Source: the human T2T-CHM13v2.0 reference genome, Homo sapiens
Direction: 5' to 3' (one strand)
DNA: 64,000 nucleotides
NCBI RefSeq assembly: GCF_009914755.1
Contig: NC_060925.1
Shown: in pieces, positions 20,532-41,515 of the stretch
Numbering within the stretch: the first letter of the stretch is position 1
Layout of the letters: each line of letters begins with the position of its first letter
Translations under genes and position numbers: made by a program
The notes under the pieces: model-generated
Told to the model about the DNA's origin: nothing
Seen by the model: the letters and a program-made list of their open reading frames with translations, nothing else
Databases searched by the model: none

Positions 20532-20632
20532 ATATAGAATGCTTCACAGATGTGTCATCCTTGTGTAGGAGTCAAGCCAATTTTCTCTGTATTGTTCCTT
20601 TTTTTTTGTAAATATGCTGTCAAAGCAAGCAC
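20532..20632 (-). pseudogene. Diverged near-full-length U6 snRNA pseudogene
   Basis: Aligns by eye along the reverse complement of U6 (atatagaatgcttcac...gtgtcatccttgtgtaggagtcaagccaattttctctgtattgttcc...gtaaatatgctgtcaaagcaagcac), with many substitutions. Confidence 0.88.
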
Positions 20633-20634
20633 AC

Positions 20635-22270
20635 CTCTAATTCATTCTTCAACTTATTTAATTCTTACTTAGACCACCCACTTCACTGACCCTACTACTG
20701 CCAAGATCATCAGTGACCAATATTTTCTTTAGTCTTATTTGACCTTTCCACTCAGCTGACCTCTCCAATTTTCTTGAAACTTTCTCGTCTCTTGGTTTTT
20801 GTGATACCACATTCTGCTGATTTACTCTCTCTTCGCAGGTCTGTCCTCACTCTCTTTGTCTATTCCACCACCCTAAAATCCTCTGGACTCTTCTTGGCTC
20901 TCTTCACTTCTCTCTGCAGACTCTCTTCCTAGATGATCTCAACTATTTCTTTGTCTTCAAATGCTGATCATGCTAATGACTTCCAAATTTACATCTTTTT
21001 CCCAGACCTCTCTTCTGGTCTCCAAAATGTGTAACCAACTGTCTAATAGACATCCACTTGGATGTCTTAAGACATCTCAGGTTTAACATATCTAAAATAG
21101 AACTCCTAATTTCCCTGCCAAACCTGCTTCGCCTCGAGTCCTAATCTCTGTAAATGTCACTTCCATCCCCCGGTTACTCTAGCCAGAAACTTAGAAGTTA
21201 TTCTTGATTCTTCCATTTTCCTCAACCCCCATGTCCAGTCCATCTGCAAAATATGAAAATTTTACCTCCAAAATTATGTGAAATTAGTCCATTTCTCTCT
21301 GTGTCTACCACCATCACTTCACTCGTCATCTCTTACCCAGGCTACTCATAAGCCTCATAACTGGCCTCCCCTCACCTATTCTTTACCCTCTTCCTTTTAT
21401 GCCCCCACATTCATTCTCCATACACCAGCTACAATGACCTTTCTAAAAACAAAATAATAATACGAACTTACATTTATTAGTGTCTATTATGTGCCAGGAA
21501 CTGTTTTACATGTATCTAATCTATACAACAACTCCATGAAGTAAAACCCAAATCTACCTCAATTTTACAGATAAGGAAACTAGGGCAGAGAGAGATTGAG
21601 AAATTTGCCCAAGGTCACACAGCCTTGGGCACACAGCCAGTAAATGGTAGAACTTAGGTTTGAACCCAGGTTGACTTCTTAGCCTTCAAGCTTATCTGCC
21701 ACACTATGCTAGATCATGTCACTACCTAGCATCAAATATTTGATGGCTTCTCACTACACTGGAACTAAATTCCCAACTCCTTACCAAGGCCTAGAGAGGC
21801 CTGTGTGATCTATCGTCTGCCTGTATCTCCAAACTCATCTCATGCTTCCTTTTCTTTTCCTTTGCTCCATCCACATGGCTTTCACACCGCAACCCCCATC
21901 ATCTTCCTTGAACATGATAAGCTCTTTCCTGCCAGCAGGCCTTAAACATCCTCTATCTCAAGTATTCTTCTTTTTTTCTTTTAAATCCCCTATTCTGAGA
22001 AATGTCAAATATTGTTTTCTCTGATCTTCACACAGCTGGATCCTTCTCATTCTTCAGGTCTCATTTTAATTTTCTGTCCAGAGAGACTCTCCCTCCCATT
22101 GCTTTTTTTAATTATTATTTTAAATTTTTTTTTTAAAGCTGGACACCATTAATTAGAATCATGCTATTTCTTAAGTAGGTCCCTCCCTACTCCTGCCAAG
22201 ATCATTAGTGACCCTCCCTGATATGTTCCATCTTGGCCCCATATTTGTTTTCTTCTTAGCCTTTAAAACA
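20635..22270 (+). mobile_element. L2 element, continuation of the L2 piece at about 17335-17435, with a MIR inside
   Basis: Pyrimidine-rich L2 ORF2 and 3' motifs (gacatccacttggatgtct, tctaaaatagaactcctaatttcc). Confidence 0.75.
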
Positions 22271-22277
22271 ATTTGTT

Positions 22278-23192
<915 letters not shown>

Positions 23193-25238
23193 CTATCCAT
23201 ATATTATCTTTTCTACTTCATAGATCTGTTCATTCATAATTTCTGCTTCTTTATCACTTTGGTTTGTCATCATCTACACTCCATCTCCTCCCACACATAC
23301 CCCTACTCAAACTCATGGCCTCTCTCTTTACATCCTGTTAGTCATAGTTTTTATTGCTGCTAATTGCCTCAATCACCTCATGCTGCCTGATTCAAATTCC
23401 TGACAGAGAAATATTGATTTGTCCAACTCATATTTTAGGAGCCAAGACACATTTGTAGGTCATTGGCAAGCCCATGGGTTGCTTGCCTTTGGGTCATATT
23501 CCCAGTCTTAGTCCAGAAGCTGTGTTAGAGAAGGCTGTGGGTGGGGATGGTCAGCATAGTGCTGCCTTTCTGCAAGGATGAGGATGTAGCAGGCTTGGTG
23601 ACTGATATTTGAGCAAAAGTTGTTGCAGCAGAAGCAACAAATAGTTAACAAGGCCTCACTTAAGGGCTGGGCTTCCCAGTAGTTGCTCTCTGGGAGGAAG
23701 GTCTCAGGTTATGGTCGAGTCCAGTTTACTCTCCCTCTGGGGAGAATAGTAAACACAAATTGAAAGCACTCACATTTACCCAGCCTTTTTTTTTTTTATT
23801 TTTTGAGACAGGGTCTGGCTCTGTCACCCAGGCTGAAGTGCAGTGGCATGATCTTAGGTCACTGCAACCTCTACCTCCCAGGCTCAAGCCATCCTCCCAC
23901 CTCAGCCTCTTGTGTATCTAGGACTACAGGTGTATGTCACCATGCCCAGCTAGTTTTTGAATTTTTAGTAGAGATGGGGTTTCACCACGTTGCCCAGGCT
24001 GGTCTCAAACTGCTGAGCTCAAAGCAGTCCATCCACCCTGGCCTCCCAAAGTGCTGGGATTACAGGCTTAAACCACTGCACCTGGCATATACAGCCTTTC
24101 TAAAATTGCAAAAAGAGCATTTTTATCCATCTGCATTTATACCTCCAGTGAGGTAAAGAGTAGTTTCCATTTAACAAATAATAAAACTGAGGCTGGGAAG
24201 ATAGAGTGCTATGCCTAAGGTCCCACACACACTGAGTAAGAGTCATCATTACATCCCAGATCTCTAGACTCCCACGCAAGGTCTCCTTTCACTGTACATA
24301 TCTTGTTGCCCTCATTTCCTACCTGGGACTTTAATCTTGAATCACAGCTCAAGGGATTTTTAAGGGCAACCATTTGAACGGCCAGTGAAAAGTTCTAAAA
24401 CAGCTTGATGATAATTGAAGTTTCCTATAAGGCAGCACTCGATAGGTAGGTTCTATGGGCTCTGGGCTCCCAGTATAATTATCAAGTGTCTAAGAATTTA
24501 TGGAATAATTACCATGTGCCAGGCACTCTACTTTATACATACTCTCTCAATTCAACCTCACAACATGCATGTAAGGTATATGTTATTATAATCCCAACTT
24601 TACAGATGAGGACACTGAAACTTAAGAAACTAGGTCACTGGACCAAAGTTCAAAATCTAGTAAATACAGTGCTGGAATCCTAACTCAGGTCTGTCTGACT
24701 CCAAAGCCCACCTCCCTTTTCATGATCAGCTTGATTTTGTCACTTGATTTATGTGAACTTCCACTTCCTTATCGGTAAAATGGGGATATCAGGGCCTAAT
24801 TCATGGGATTATTGTAGGTTTATGAACAATCACATAGAGGGCAAACCTATTTCAGTAAACAGAGCAGATATACACTATCTTTCAGTATAGTCTGAAACTA
24901 AATCCTTAATGTGTAAAAAGAAGCAGAATTATCAACTCCAGGTGCCTATAAGAAACAGGATTTTTCTTGTGAGACTGTAATCCTGGGGCAAGGATTCCTG
25001 GTCCAAATTCTGAAAACATAAGGCCTGGAGAGAAATAACCATTTCTCCAAGGAAACAGATCAATTTATTGTATCTCAGAGATGAGAAAGAACGTGCACTT
25101 AAACTAGTCTTAATGCATCAGGATGGAAATTAGTAAATGCCCAATAAAGAGATTTGAATTTGTGTCTGATAAACTTGAGATCTTCTCCTAGGCCAAGGCC
25201 TTTTGCATATAATCTTCTTAATCCTACCACAACTCTAA

Positions 25239-25499
<261 letters not shown>

Positions 25500-26539
25500 T
25501 AGCCAGGGTGGTCTTGATCTCCTGACCTCGTGATCCACCCGCCTCAGCCTCCCAAAGTGCTGGGATTACAGGCGTGAGCCACTGCGCCTGGCCTCAACTT
25601 TGAGGCTCAGAGAGTTTAAGTGACCTGGCAAAAGTCACACATCTAACTCAAAGCAGAGAAGAAACTGGAGCCAAGCTTTCAGCTGTGTGCAGTCTGGCCA
25701 GTCTGCTAGTAAGTTAGCTGCCTCAGCACTGTAGACCTCTTTGGATGGAAACTGACCCCTAGGTCAAACATAGTGCTGACATCATGCCCACTCATTATTC
25801 TCAAGAAATGAAAATCAATTCTACGTCCATCAGCACACTTTAGGGAGAATGCTGGCTAGGACAATACTTCCCTTGCAGCATTATAGATAAATACCAACAC
25901 CTAAACAAATGTCAATAATACCATGTGATGAATGCAAGAGTGAGAATAATGACTAAACTTTGCGTAGCACTTGATGATTCACAAGGAACATTCATATCTG
26001 TTACCCAATTTGCTGTTCATATCACCCCTTGGAGATAGGTATTATCATTGCCATTTCACAGATGAAGAAACTGAGGCTCAAAGGAGTTTATTTCATATGA
26101 GAGAAGATGTGAAGCTAGCTGTGGTGGCACACACCTGTAACCCCAGCTACTTGGGAGGTTGAGGCAGAAGGATTACTTGAACCAGGAGCTTGACAGTTCA
26201 AAAGTTTGAGTCCAGCCTGGGCAACATAGTAAGACTGAATCTCTGAAGGAAAAAAAAAGAAAGATGTGGACATATACCATTTTACGATCTCTTAGCCTCC
26301 ATTTCCCCTTCTTTTGGGACTGGTACTCTGTGTTTCCTTTGAAGATCAAATAACCCTTGCTTCAGCAACATTGATTCGATCAGCATGAACACATAACACT
26401 TGACTCTTTGAGAATCAAGCTTGGAACTTTTGTGTAGGCTTTTGTTCAAACTGTTGAGAGAGAGAAGCTCTCTTAAGCCCATGGGTGTGAGTCTGAAGTT
26501 AAGGGCTACCACCATAAGGAAAAAAAATTATGTATAAAT

Positions 26540-29460
<2,921 letters not shown>

Positions 29461-31509
29461 CAAATAGGTAGGGCACGGTGGTTCACCTGTGAATCCCAGC
29501 ACTTTGGGAGGCCAAGGCAGGTGGATCACTTGAGCCGAGGAGTTTGAAACCAGCCTGAGCAACATGGCGAAACCCCATCTCTACTAAAAATACAAAAATT
29601 AGCTGGGCATGGTGGTGTGCAGCTGTAGCTGTAGTCCCAGCTACTTGGGAGGCTGAGGTAGGAGGATTGCCTTGAACCCAGGAGGTCGAAGCTGCAGGGA
29701 GCCAAGATTGCACTACTACACTCCAGCTTGGATGACAGAGTGAGATCCTATCTCAAATATATATATATAAATAAAATAAAATAAAATTTCGAAGTGACAT
29801 TGTCACCAACCAAAGATGATAAACTACCATGTACTAAGTAGTGTGATTAATTAAATCCTCAAAACTGGAAGGAAATATAATAATATTGTATATTATACAA
29901 TAATAATATTAACTTTCTTCCTAATACATATGTTGACTCCAGATTTCTACACTGAATACCTATTAATTTTCAAAATTAAATATACAATCATAATTTTTAA
30001 AAAAATCATCTGGAGGAGTATGGTTCAGTTGCAGAATGGTGGTGTTCAAAAGATGTGTCCTGGAAAGAAACACAAAAAATTTCAGTCTATGTGCAGAATG
30101 GGTAGAATTATGCAGGCATTTTTTTCTTGTTAAAATTACAATTTCTTTTTGTTTGGTTTGGATTTTTTTTATTTTGATTTTTTATAGAGACAGAGTCTTG
30201 CTGTGTTGCCCAGGTTGGTCTTGAACTCCTGGGCTCAAGTGATCCTTCTGCCTTGGCCTCCTAAAGTGCTGAGATTACATGTGTGAGCCACCACACCCAG
30301 CCTGGTTTTTATTTTTTTGAAACAAGGTCTTGCTCTGTTCTGGAATGCAGTGGCATCATCTCAGCTCACTGAAGCCTCTATCTCCTGGGCTCAAGCGATC
30401 CTCTAACCTCAGGGTAGCTGGGACTACAAACATGCTCCACGATGCCCAGCTGATTTTTAATTTTTTCGTGGGGATGGAGTTCCACTATGTTGCCCAGGCT
30501 GGTCTAGAACTCCTGGGCTCAAGTGATCCTCCTGCCTCGACCTCCCTCAGTCCTGGGATTACAGGTGTGGGCCACCATGTCTGGCATACCATAATTTCTG
30601 AAACAGTGTATGCACAGTCAATCAAAATAAAAGGCAAAAGAAAATTTATCAAAGGTGAGAGCAGCAGCTTTAAAAAATATTCAAATGAATCCTTACTGTA
30701 AACAAGGATTACAAAATCCTGCCTGAAAATATCTTCATCTGGTGATACTGAAAATATGTAACAATTGGTAGAGCATACATCTGAGCAATCAGAGCAGACA
30801 TTTATAGTAAACAATGCTCATATCAGACTGGCATCCCTAAAATATAAATCACCATCCACACCAGTCCTCCAGCCCCAAAACAAAATATTTAGCCTCAGCC
30901 CCTGAAGCTTAGCTCTTTTTCACAACAGGAAGACTCTCAGGCTGTAGAAATTGGTATAAAGTCAAGTTTTCCAAACCAGAATATTCCAAAGGTTGTAAGG
31001 TCTAGAAACCACACCAGGCACCAGTCTACAGGGAGGAAGGAAGAAGTTCTCACTGCTGCTCCCTGAACTCACCACCCTACTTCCTGTCATCTGGTGCTCT
31101 GCTCTTTGACTCTGAAATCTGGTCCACACATCCCCTTCTCCTTTGGGCAGACTTGTGCATTCTTTTTTGTTTTTAACCTTCCCCCAAAGATGCACACTCA
31201 TGCATTCTTTAAGAGCCGCCTCAAAACTCACTTCCTTCATGAAGTCTTTTCTCAAACCACCAAAACTACCAGGCAGAAAATTGTTCATTTATTCAACTAA
31301 TTTTTACTGAGCACCTACTATGTTCCAGATCCTGCGCCTGCTATGTTCCAGAGCCCTGGCTTATCATTTACTGAACTGTATGACAGCCATGTCTGTGGGT
31401 CTGACTCCGTGGCTGTCGGATATAGTCATTTAAAAATACATTTGAAGGGCAGGTACACTGGCCTACGCCTGTAATCCCAGCAGTTTGGGAGGCTGAGATG
31501 GGCAGATCA

Positions 31510-31797
<288 letters not shown>

Positions 31798-32320
31798 TTA
31801 TGTATTCAATAGTAATAGATATTCACTCACTCATTCCACAGCCTGGTGCAGTGGAAGGATAAACTGTTTTCTTTTATAGTGCTTTGTTAGAGTTATTTAT
31901 AGGGTTATTGTTTTATGGAAGTATAAACTTCGAAACCAGACAAGCTTGAGAGACTGGTCCTGTCCCTTACTAGCTGTTTAACCTTGAGCAAGTGACTTAC
32001 CCACTCTGAGCAGTTTCCGCATCTGTAAAATGAAGATAAGAATGGTATCCTCTACAATGGCTGCTATGAGGATTAGATGAGCACATTGTAGAAGCTCCAC
32101 AAATTTATGGCAAAGTGCTTTCTAATCTATAAAGAGCTACAAGAATGTGCATGATGACACGTGAGCAGGTAGTACAGAAAAAAATAAATATGAGACTAGC
32201 AAACTTGCAAACAAGTGACAATTATTTAAAAGTTAGGGCACAAAACAGCAGAAAAGCAAATAGATTTTCACAAAGTATTTTTTCTTATGTTAGGGGGAAA
32301 TCTAGTTGTTAAGTGCTTGA

Positions 32321-32756
<436 letters not shown>

Positions 32757-33028
32757 TGAAAGTGAGGATTAAGTTTATACAGAAGTTTATTTACTGATAA
32801 CTAATTTCATAAACACCATAATAATGATAGTAGTGATAGCAACCATTTTTTGACTACCTATTTGTATCAGGCACTTTACATACATTAGTTCATTTAATCC
32901 CTACAACCTCATAAAACAGAAATGATCACTCCCTTTCCACTAATAAGGAAACAGAAGCCCCAAGAGGCAGTGTGACTTTCCCCAGGTCACACAGAGCAAA
33001 GGGAGCGGGATGGAAATACAAATCCAAA

Positions 33029-33034
33029 GTTTAT
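33029..33034 (-). terminator. Candidate ancestral poly(A) signal of CALR4P
   Basis: First minus-strand AATAAA downstream of the KGEL stop (about 86 nt). It sits at the edge of a MIR-like sequence, so it may be coincidental. Confidence 0.3.
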
Positions 33035-33119
33035 TTCAAAAAAGTAAGTTATTTTGCTCCCCAAATTGTACCAACCTCATGAATATTTCTCCTCCTAACA
33101 TTTGCCTCCACAATCCCAG

Positions 33120-33369
33120 TTACAGTTCACCCTTCTGGTCAACAAGGACTTCCTCATTTTTACCCAGAAACACTCTGTCAGCATCATGTTCCTGCATCTC
33201 CCTGTCATTTCCTGGCTCTGTAGTGGGATCCAATTCATTTCCCTCTTCTTCAATTCCCCAAATGCCATCTTCCTTTTCTTCATCCGTTTCCTTTTACTTC
33301 TTGGCCTCTTCTGCCTGCTTTCTTTTTTCAATTTCTTCATAAAGTTCTCTCCATTGCTTCTCTTAGGTC
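33120..33369 (-). pseudogene. CALR4P: CALR4P exon 9 equivalent (acidic C-domain ending KGEL*)
   Basis: taaacag| acceptor. DL[+1 nt]EKQWRELYEEIEKRKQAEEAKK*KETDEEKEDGIWGIEEEGNELDPTTEPGNDREMQEHDADRVFLGKNEEVLVDQKGEL*. Internal TAA at 33296-33294, terminal TAA at 33122-33120. Confidence 0.87.
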
Positions 33370-33423
33370 CTGTTTAGAATGTAGAATTTCAAAATAATTT
33401 ACAGATAGTATAAACAAAGTTAA

Positions 33424-33669
<246 letters not shown>

Positions 33670-33861
33670 TAGGGATGGGGGTTCACTATGTTGCTTAGGC
33701 TGGTCTTGAACTCCTAAGCTCAGGAGATCCACCTACCTCAGCCTTCCAGAGTGCTGGGATTACAGGTGTGAGACACCGTGTCCAGCCTTCCAACAGTCTT
33801 CAGATTTCCGGGATAGTGTTTATTTACATACAAAGTTTCAGCATGTGTAGGGTGAATAGAA

Positions 33862-33862
<1 letters not shown>

Positions 33863-33903
<41 letters not shown>
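33863..33903 (+). repeat. (TG)n microsatellite
   Basis: About 20 TG units. Confidence 0.97.
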
Positions 33904-33905
<2 letters not shown>

Positions 33906-34357
33906 AGTTTGTTCGTAAATAAAATTGGTTCCAATTTAGCAAATATTTGTTGAATGCCTACTGCCTTGCTAACCACAGTGCTGTAATAGGCAATCTACAC
34001 ACGTTATGTATATTCCTCACAGCAAATTATGAGGTTTGTTACTTGTTCTACTTTCTAGATGAGCGATCTGAGGTTCAGACTTCCTTATACTTTTCTTGTT
34101 GGTCTCCTCAAACTGAAAGTAAGCCCCATGAAGGTAGAAACTTCTCTGTTTTATTTCACTACTATAACCCCAGCACTTACAACAGTGCTTTGAACAGGTA
34201 CTCAAGTACTTGTCAAGTGAATGTATGGTTTAATAATAATAGCTACCATGTATTGAGCACTTACTATATACCAGGAACTTATAAGATAGAGGCTATCATT
34301 ATTCTCCACTTATAGATGAAGAGCAGTTAAATAACTTGCCTAAGTTCATACAGCTAA

Positions 34358-34759
<402 letters not shown>

Positions 34760-36629
34760 TAGTGATCCACCCACCTCAGCCTCCCAAAGTGCTGGGATTA
34801 TAGTCGTGGGCCACCATACCTGGTCTTTCCATTTTTTTTTAAAGGAAATACTAAGTATCAAAGTTCTTTAAAAAAAAAAACAAACTTTTTTTTGTGCCTG
34901 TGTTTTTGCAGGTGCTTTAAGCATAAGCTTAATCTGCCTATTGGGTAATCAAGTATTGGCCACAAACCTGCTTTTGAATGGACCTTCCTTCAGAACCAGA
35001 ACATCTGGATAGAGCTTGTCAGGGTCATGAGGCCATTGCCCCAAGTATCACTCCACCCACAAAATAGTTCTAGGAGGCCGGGGAAGCTGGTAAACAAACA
35101 GCACTCATTACCTTCCTTCTTTCTCGTAGCCATCCTGAGCCTGAGCCTATTTTCTGTAATCCCAACACTTTGGGAGGCTGAGGCAGGTGGATTGCTTGAA
35201 CCCAGGAGTTACAGACCAGCCTGGACAACACGGCAAGACCCCATCTCTACAAAAACGTTAAAAAAAATTAACCTGGCATGGTGGCATGCATTTGTAGTCT
35301 CAGCTACTTGGGAGGCTGAGGCAGGAGGATCACTTGAGCCTGGGGAGTTGAGTCTGTAGTGAGCTGTATTCTCACCACCACACCCCAGCCTGGGCCAAGA
35401 AGCAAGACCCTGTCTCAACGACAACAAAAACCAAAACAAAACAAACAAAAAAAAAGAAAATGAGCTCAGTAGCTCCCTTCTAGATCAATGCACTACAGCA
35501 GATAGTCTGACACACAAAAGGAGCATGAGAGGCCAGGAGTTTGAAACCAGCCTGGGCAACATAGCAAGATCCCATCTCTAAAAAAAAATTTTTTTTTTTT
35601 GAGACAGAGTTTCACTCTTGTTGCCAGGCTGGAGTGCAATGGCGCATCTCGGCTCACTGCAACCTCCGCCTCCCGTGTTCAAGCGATTCTCCTGCCTCAG
35701 CCTCCCGAGTACCTGGGATTACAGGCATCCGCCACCACACCTGGCTAATTTTGTGTTTTTAATAGAGACAGGGGTTTCTCCATGCTGTTCAGGCTGGTCT
35801 CAAACTCCTGACCTCAGGTGATCCACCCGCCTCAGCCTCCCAAACTGTTGGGATTACAGGCGTGAGCCACCCCACCTGGCCAAAAAAAATTTGTTTTTAA
35901 GTTAGCTGGATGTGGTGGCACACTTCTGCACTTCTGTAGTCCTAGCTACTCGAGAGGCTAAGGTGGGAGGATTGCTTGAGCCCAGGAGTTTGAAGCAGCA
36001 GTGAGTCACAATCACACCACTGCACTCTGTGCAGACACAGGAAGACTCTGTCTCTTACAGATACAGGTATAAATACAAATACATATACATACACACACAG
36101 AGGGAGAGAGAGAGAGAAACTGCAGGGAAAAACAGATGCATAATTGTAGCTGAAGACTTGAACATCCTCCTCTCAGAAACTGAGACAGCAAGGCTTGGAT
36201 AGTATAATTAACATATTTCAACAATTCTACATCCTATACAAGAGTAGACTCTAGACAGTTAAAAATTTAATAAACATGAAGAGTAAAACTATAAAGAAAA
36301 ATATAAGAGACTCATAGTTTGTGACTCAAAATGGAAGGCAAAACTTCAACAAGTCAAAGGCTGCGGATGACTTTGGGTACTTTATACTCTGAATTTCAGT
36401 TCCTACACCTGAAAAATGGAAGTAATAATATCTGTCTTGCTGGATTGTTTTAGGGCTAAGTGGGATAGCGTTTGGAAAGTGCTGACAGAGCCACAAGTAC
36501 ACAATTATAGATGTCCAGTGAACATGAGTTCTTTCTCCCACCTCTCAGGGCCGAGTGACCAAAAATGAGACAAAGACTATGTGGCTGATTTTTGAAATGC
36601 AAAGAATAGTGAACAACTGAGGAGTCAGA

Positions 36630-36716
36630 CATTCCCCAGGTCTTATTTCTAACTTTTTGAGCAAACTCTTCATCATTTGTAAGAAGGAAATTGTCAAAGA
36701 TGCTGACAGATTTTAC
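36630..36716 (-). pseudogene. CALR4P: CALR4P exon 8 equivalent, 3'-truncated
   Basis: tcaacag| acceptor. VKSVSIFDNFLLTNDEEFAQKVRNKTWGM versus CALR VKSGTIFDNFLITNDEAYAEEFGNETWGV. No GT at the expected donor position (36623). Confidence 0.9.
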
Positions 36717-37073
36717 CTGTTGAAGTGAAAACAACAGGATTATTAAAACTAGGTGCCTAAATGTCGAAGGGCTTAAAAAGCACCTGGAGACCCTTGCTAA
36801 ATGCATATTCCCAGGCTACTGGCCCAGAGGTTGTAATCAATAATTTGGGTTAGACAAGGAAATACAAGGGTTATTAATAACACAGAGGGTCCAAAATCCT
36901 GTACTGCCCTAGCTGATCTGCTCTAGAACAAAGTTAATTTAGTTTCCCAAGAATCTATGCTCCTTATGCCTCTGAACACTATTTTAGAAGGTTGTGAAGT
37001 AACTTTTATCACTCTGCTTGCCTCCAAATTGGTGCCCACTGGCTCTTGCTCCAGCTCAGATTGATAGTGCCTA

Positions 37074-37394
<321 letters not shown>

Positions 37395-37597
37395 TCAGAA
37401 AAACTAAAAGACCATAGTAAAAGGAAAAGGTTCAACAAGAAATGCAAGCAGAATTTAAGATTCTTTTTTTATTTTATTTTTATTTTTTGAGAGGGAGTCT
37501 TGCTCTGTTGCCCAGGCTGGAGGGCAGTGGCATGATCTTGGCTCACTGCAACCTCCACCTCCTTGGTTCAAGTGATTCTCCTGCCTCAGCCTCCTGA

Positions 37598-37858
<261 letters not shown>

Positions 37859-38327
37859 TAATGAAATCCATCATATGTAATATTTTCCATGTTTGTTTAT
37901 TGAATGAGAAAGGAACAGAATACAAAGAACACAAGTCATGGAGTCAGACCAGCTCAACCACATACTAGCTGTGTGATCTCGGGCAAGTTTGCTCAATCCC
38001 TGTAAGCCTAGTCCCTATAAGTAAAGTAGGGAAAATAATAACTCCCTGACAGTAATTTCATGAGACTTAGCGATAATATAGGTAAAGCACACTGTCTAGC
38101 AGTTAATTGTCACCCAACAGACACTAGTGGCTATTATCATAACTTTTCAGTACCTGAGTATGTTTCAAAAAGGGCAAAATGATGGTCATTTTATAATTTT
38201 TTACTTTTGCAGTAAGTTAAATAAATCATGAAGTCAATTTCATGGGAGTATTTGTATAACCAACTGGAAAGTCTGTAGCATGAGTAATCCCATGTCCCTC
38301 CCTAGGCTTTGAAAAAACCCCTGCCTT

Positions 38328-39034
<707 letters not shown>

Positions 39035-39731
39035 AAAAAACCCTGCCTTACTGTTTCATGGCCAAAAAAGTTTTCTTGTTTTTAATAAGAAAGGCTTTTA
39101 TTTGGCTTACATTACCCAACCAACCTTGCCTCCAAGAGAAAGACAAGTGATAAAATAGCCACTTTGAATAGAGATAACTATTTTGCTAGGAGCCAATTTT
39201 TAACAATTGGTTTTTAAAATTCCTTCTGCATCTTTAAGATATTTTCTTACCTTTGGGATTTTTTTGAGTTGTCAGCAGTCTTGTTAGGAGAACTGCCTAT
39301 TTGTTGGCTTTTCCATTTTCCCTACTTTCATGAGAACTACTCCTAATCTCTCTGGTCTTTTTAGTGCCCCTTTGCCCCCATTGCCCTTACATTAAACTCA
39401 TGGGCTATGAGAGTGCCAGTTCTGCATCCTAACTGGTAATCATGGTCTACTTGTATCTTCTCTGTAAAAGAACTGTGAACTGTGTTCGACTAAAGCCTAA
39501 GGCCCTAAGGAATTCATTGAAAGTTACCTGTGCTATCCCACTTGAGTAATAACATGTAAAGAGTATAGGTTTGGGCACTTGTTAGAGATGGGCCCTGACA
39601 AATCAAGTCTCCTCGCTGAGTCCTCAGTGTTCTCATCAGTAAAATGGCAACGGTAAGTCCTACCCTCTTGGCCTCACAGGGATATGGCACAGACCATATG
39701 ATGTAAGGGATATCAATGTGCTTTGTATTAT

Positions 39732-40744
<1,013 letters not shown>

Positions 40745-41330
40745 TTATGACTAGGTTATACTCATTGTGGCTAGACTATACTCATTCCTTCAAAGATCAT
40801 AAGGAGTCCCAATGGTAAGAGGAAAATTTTCTTTGTTCTCTACCATCTCCTCCCAGCCTCTGTGCTGATTTAAAAAACAAAACAAACAACAACAACTAAA
40901 AACAATGCAGTCACTTCCACCAAAGAAAAAAAGGTAAAGGGGTTGTGTTTGGAGGTGTCAGAACAGGGAACAGGAGGGGTCAGGGATTAGGCAGGAAAGT
41001 TGACCATCTTACTAGGCTGGGACCAAGGAGGGATGGGGAGGGGATCTGGGCTGCCAGAGCATCTGAAGGCTGGAAATTGGGGCAGGGGAAGGTGAGGGAA
41101 TTCCCACCCATCTCCATACTGAGAGTCACTTGGATTTCCAATAAAGGGCAGGGACCCCATGGTAACCTGGATGTTCTGGGCTGGCTGAGTGTGGGGGTGG
41201 GGGTTGCGGGGGATGGTGGAGTAGGACCTGTGAGTGTCAGACCCGATTAGAAGTTAGAAGAAAACATGCTCGCAAGGGTAATGTCAGCATTGTGCAGAAT
41301 TCTCTCTCTCTCTGTCTCTTTAAAATACAG

Positions 41331-41336
41331 ACACAC

Positions 41337-41372
<36 letters not shown>
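41331..41372 (+). repeat. (CA)n microsatellite
   Basis: Directly visible, with two interruptions. Confidence 0.95.
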
Positions 41373-41404
41373 TCCTCACAAAATTAAGAGACAATGCTGG
41401 AGTT

Positions 41405-41515
41405 TTAGAAATGTAGTCTCTTGGGCTTCACTGCAGACCTACTGGATCAGTATCTGTATTTTAATAAGACCCCCCATTTTATTCATATGCATGTTAAAGT
41501 TTGAGAAGCACTCCT
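41405..41515. mobile_element. MER5-like hAT-Charlie MITE fragment
   Basis: cagacctactggatcag..tctgtattttaataag...tatgcatgttaaagtttgagaagcact, typical of MER5. Confidence 0.65.

Noticed and set aside
33010-33377. Ser/Phe-rich plus-strand ORFs
   Set aside because: Antisense of the purine-rich CALR4P last exon.
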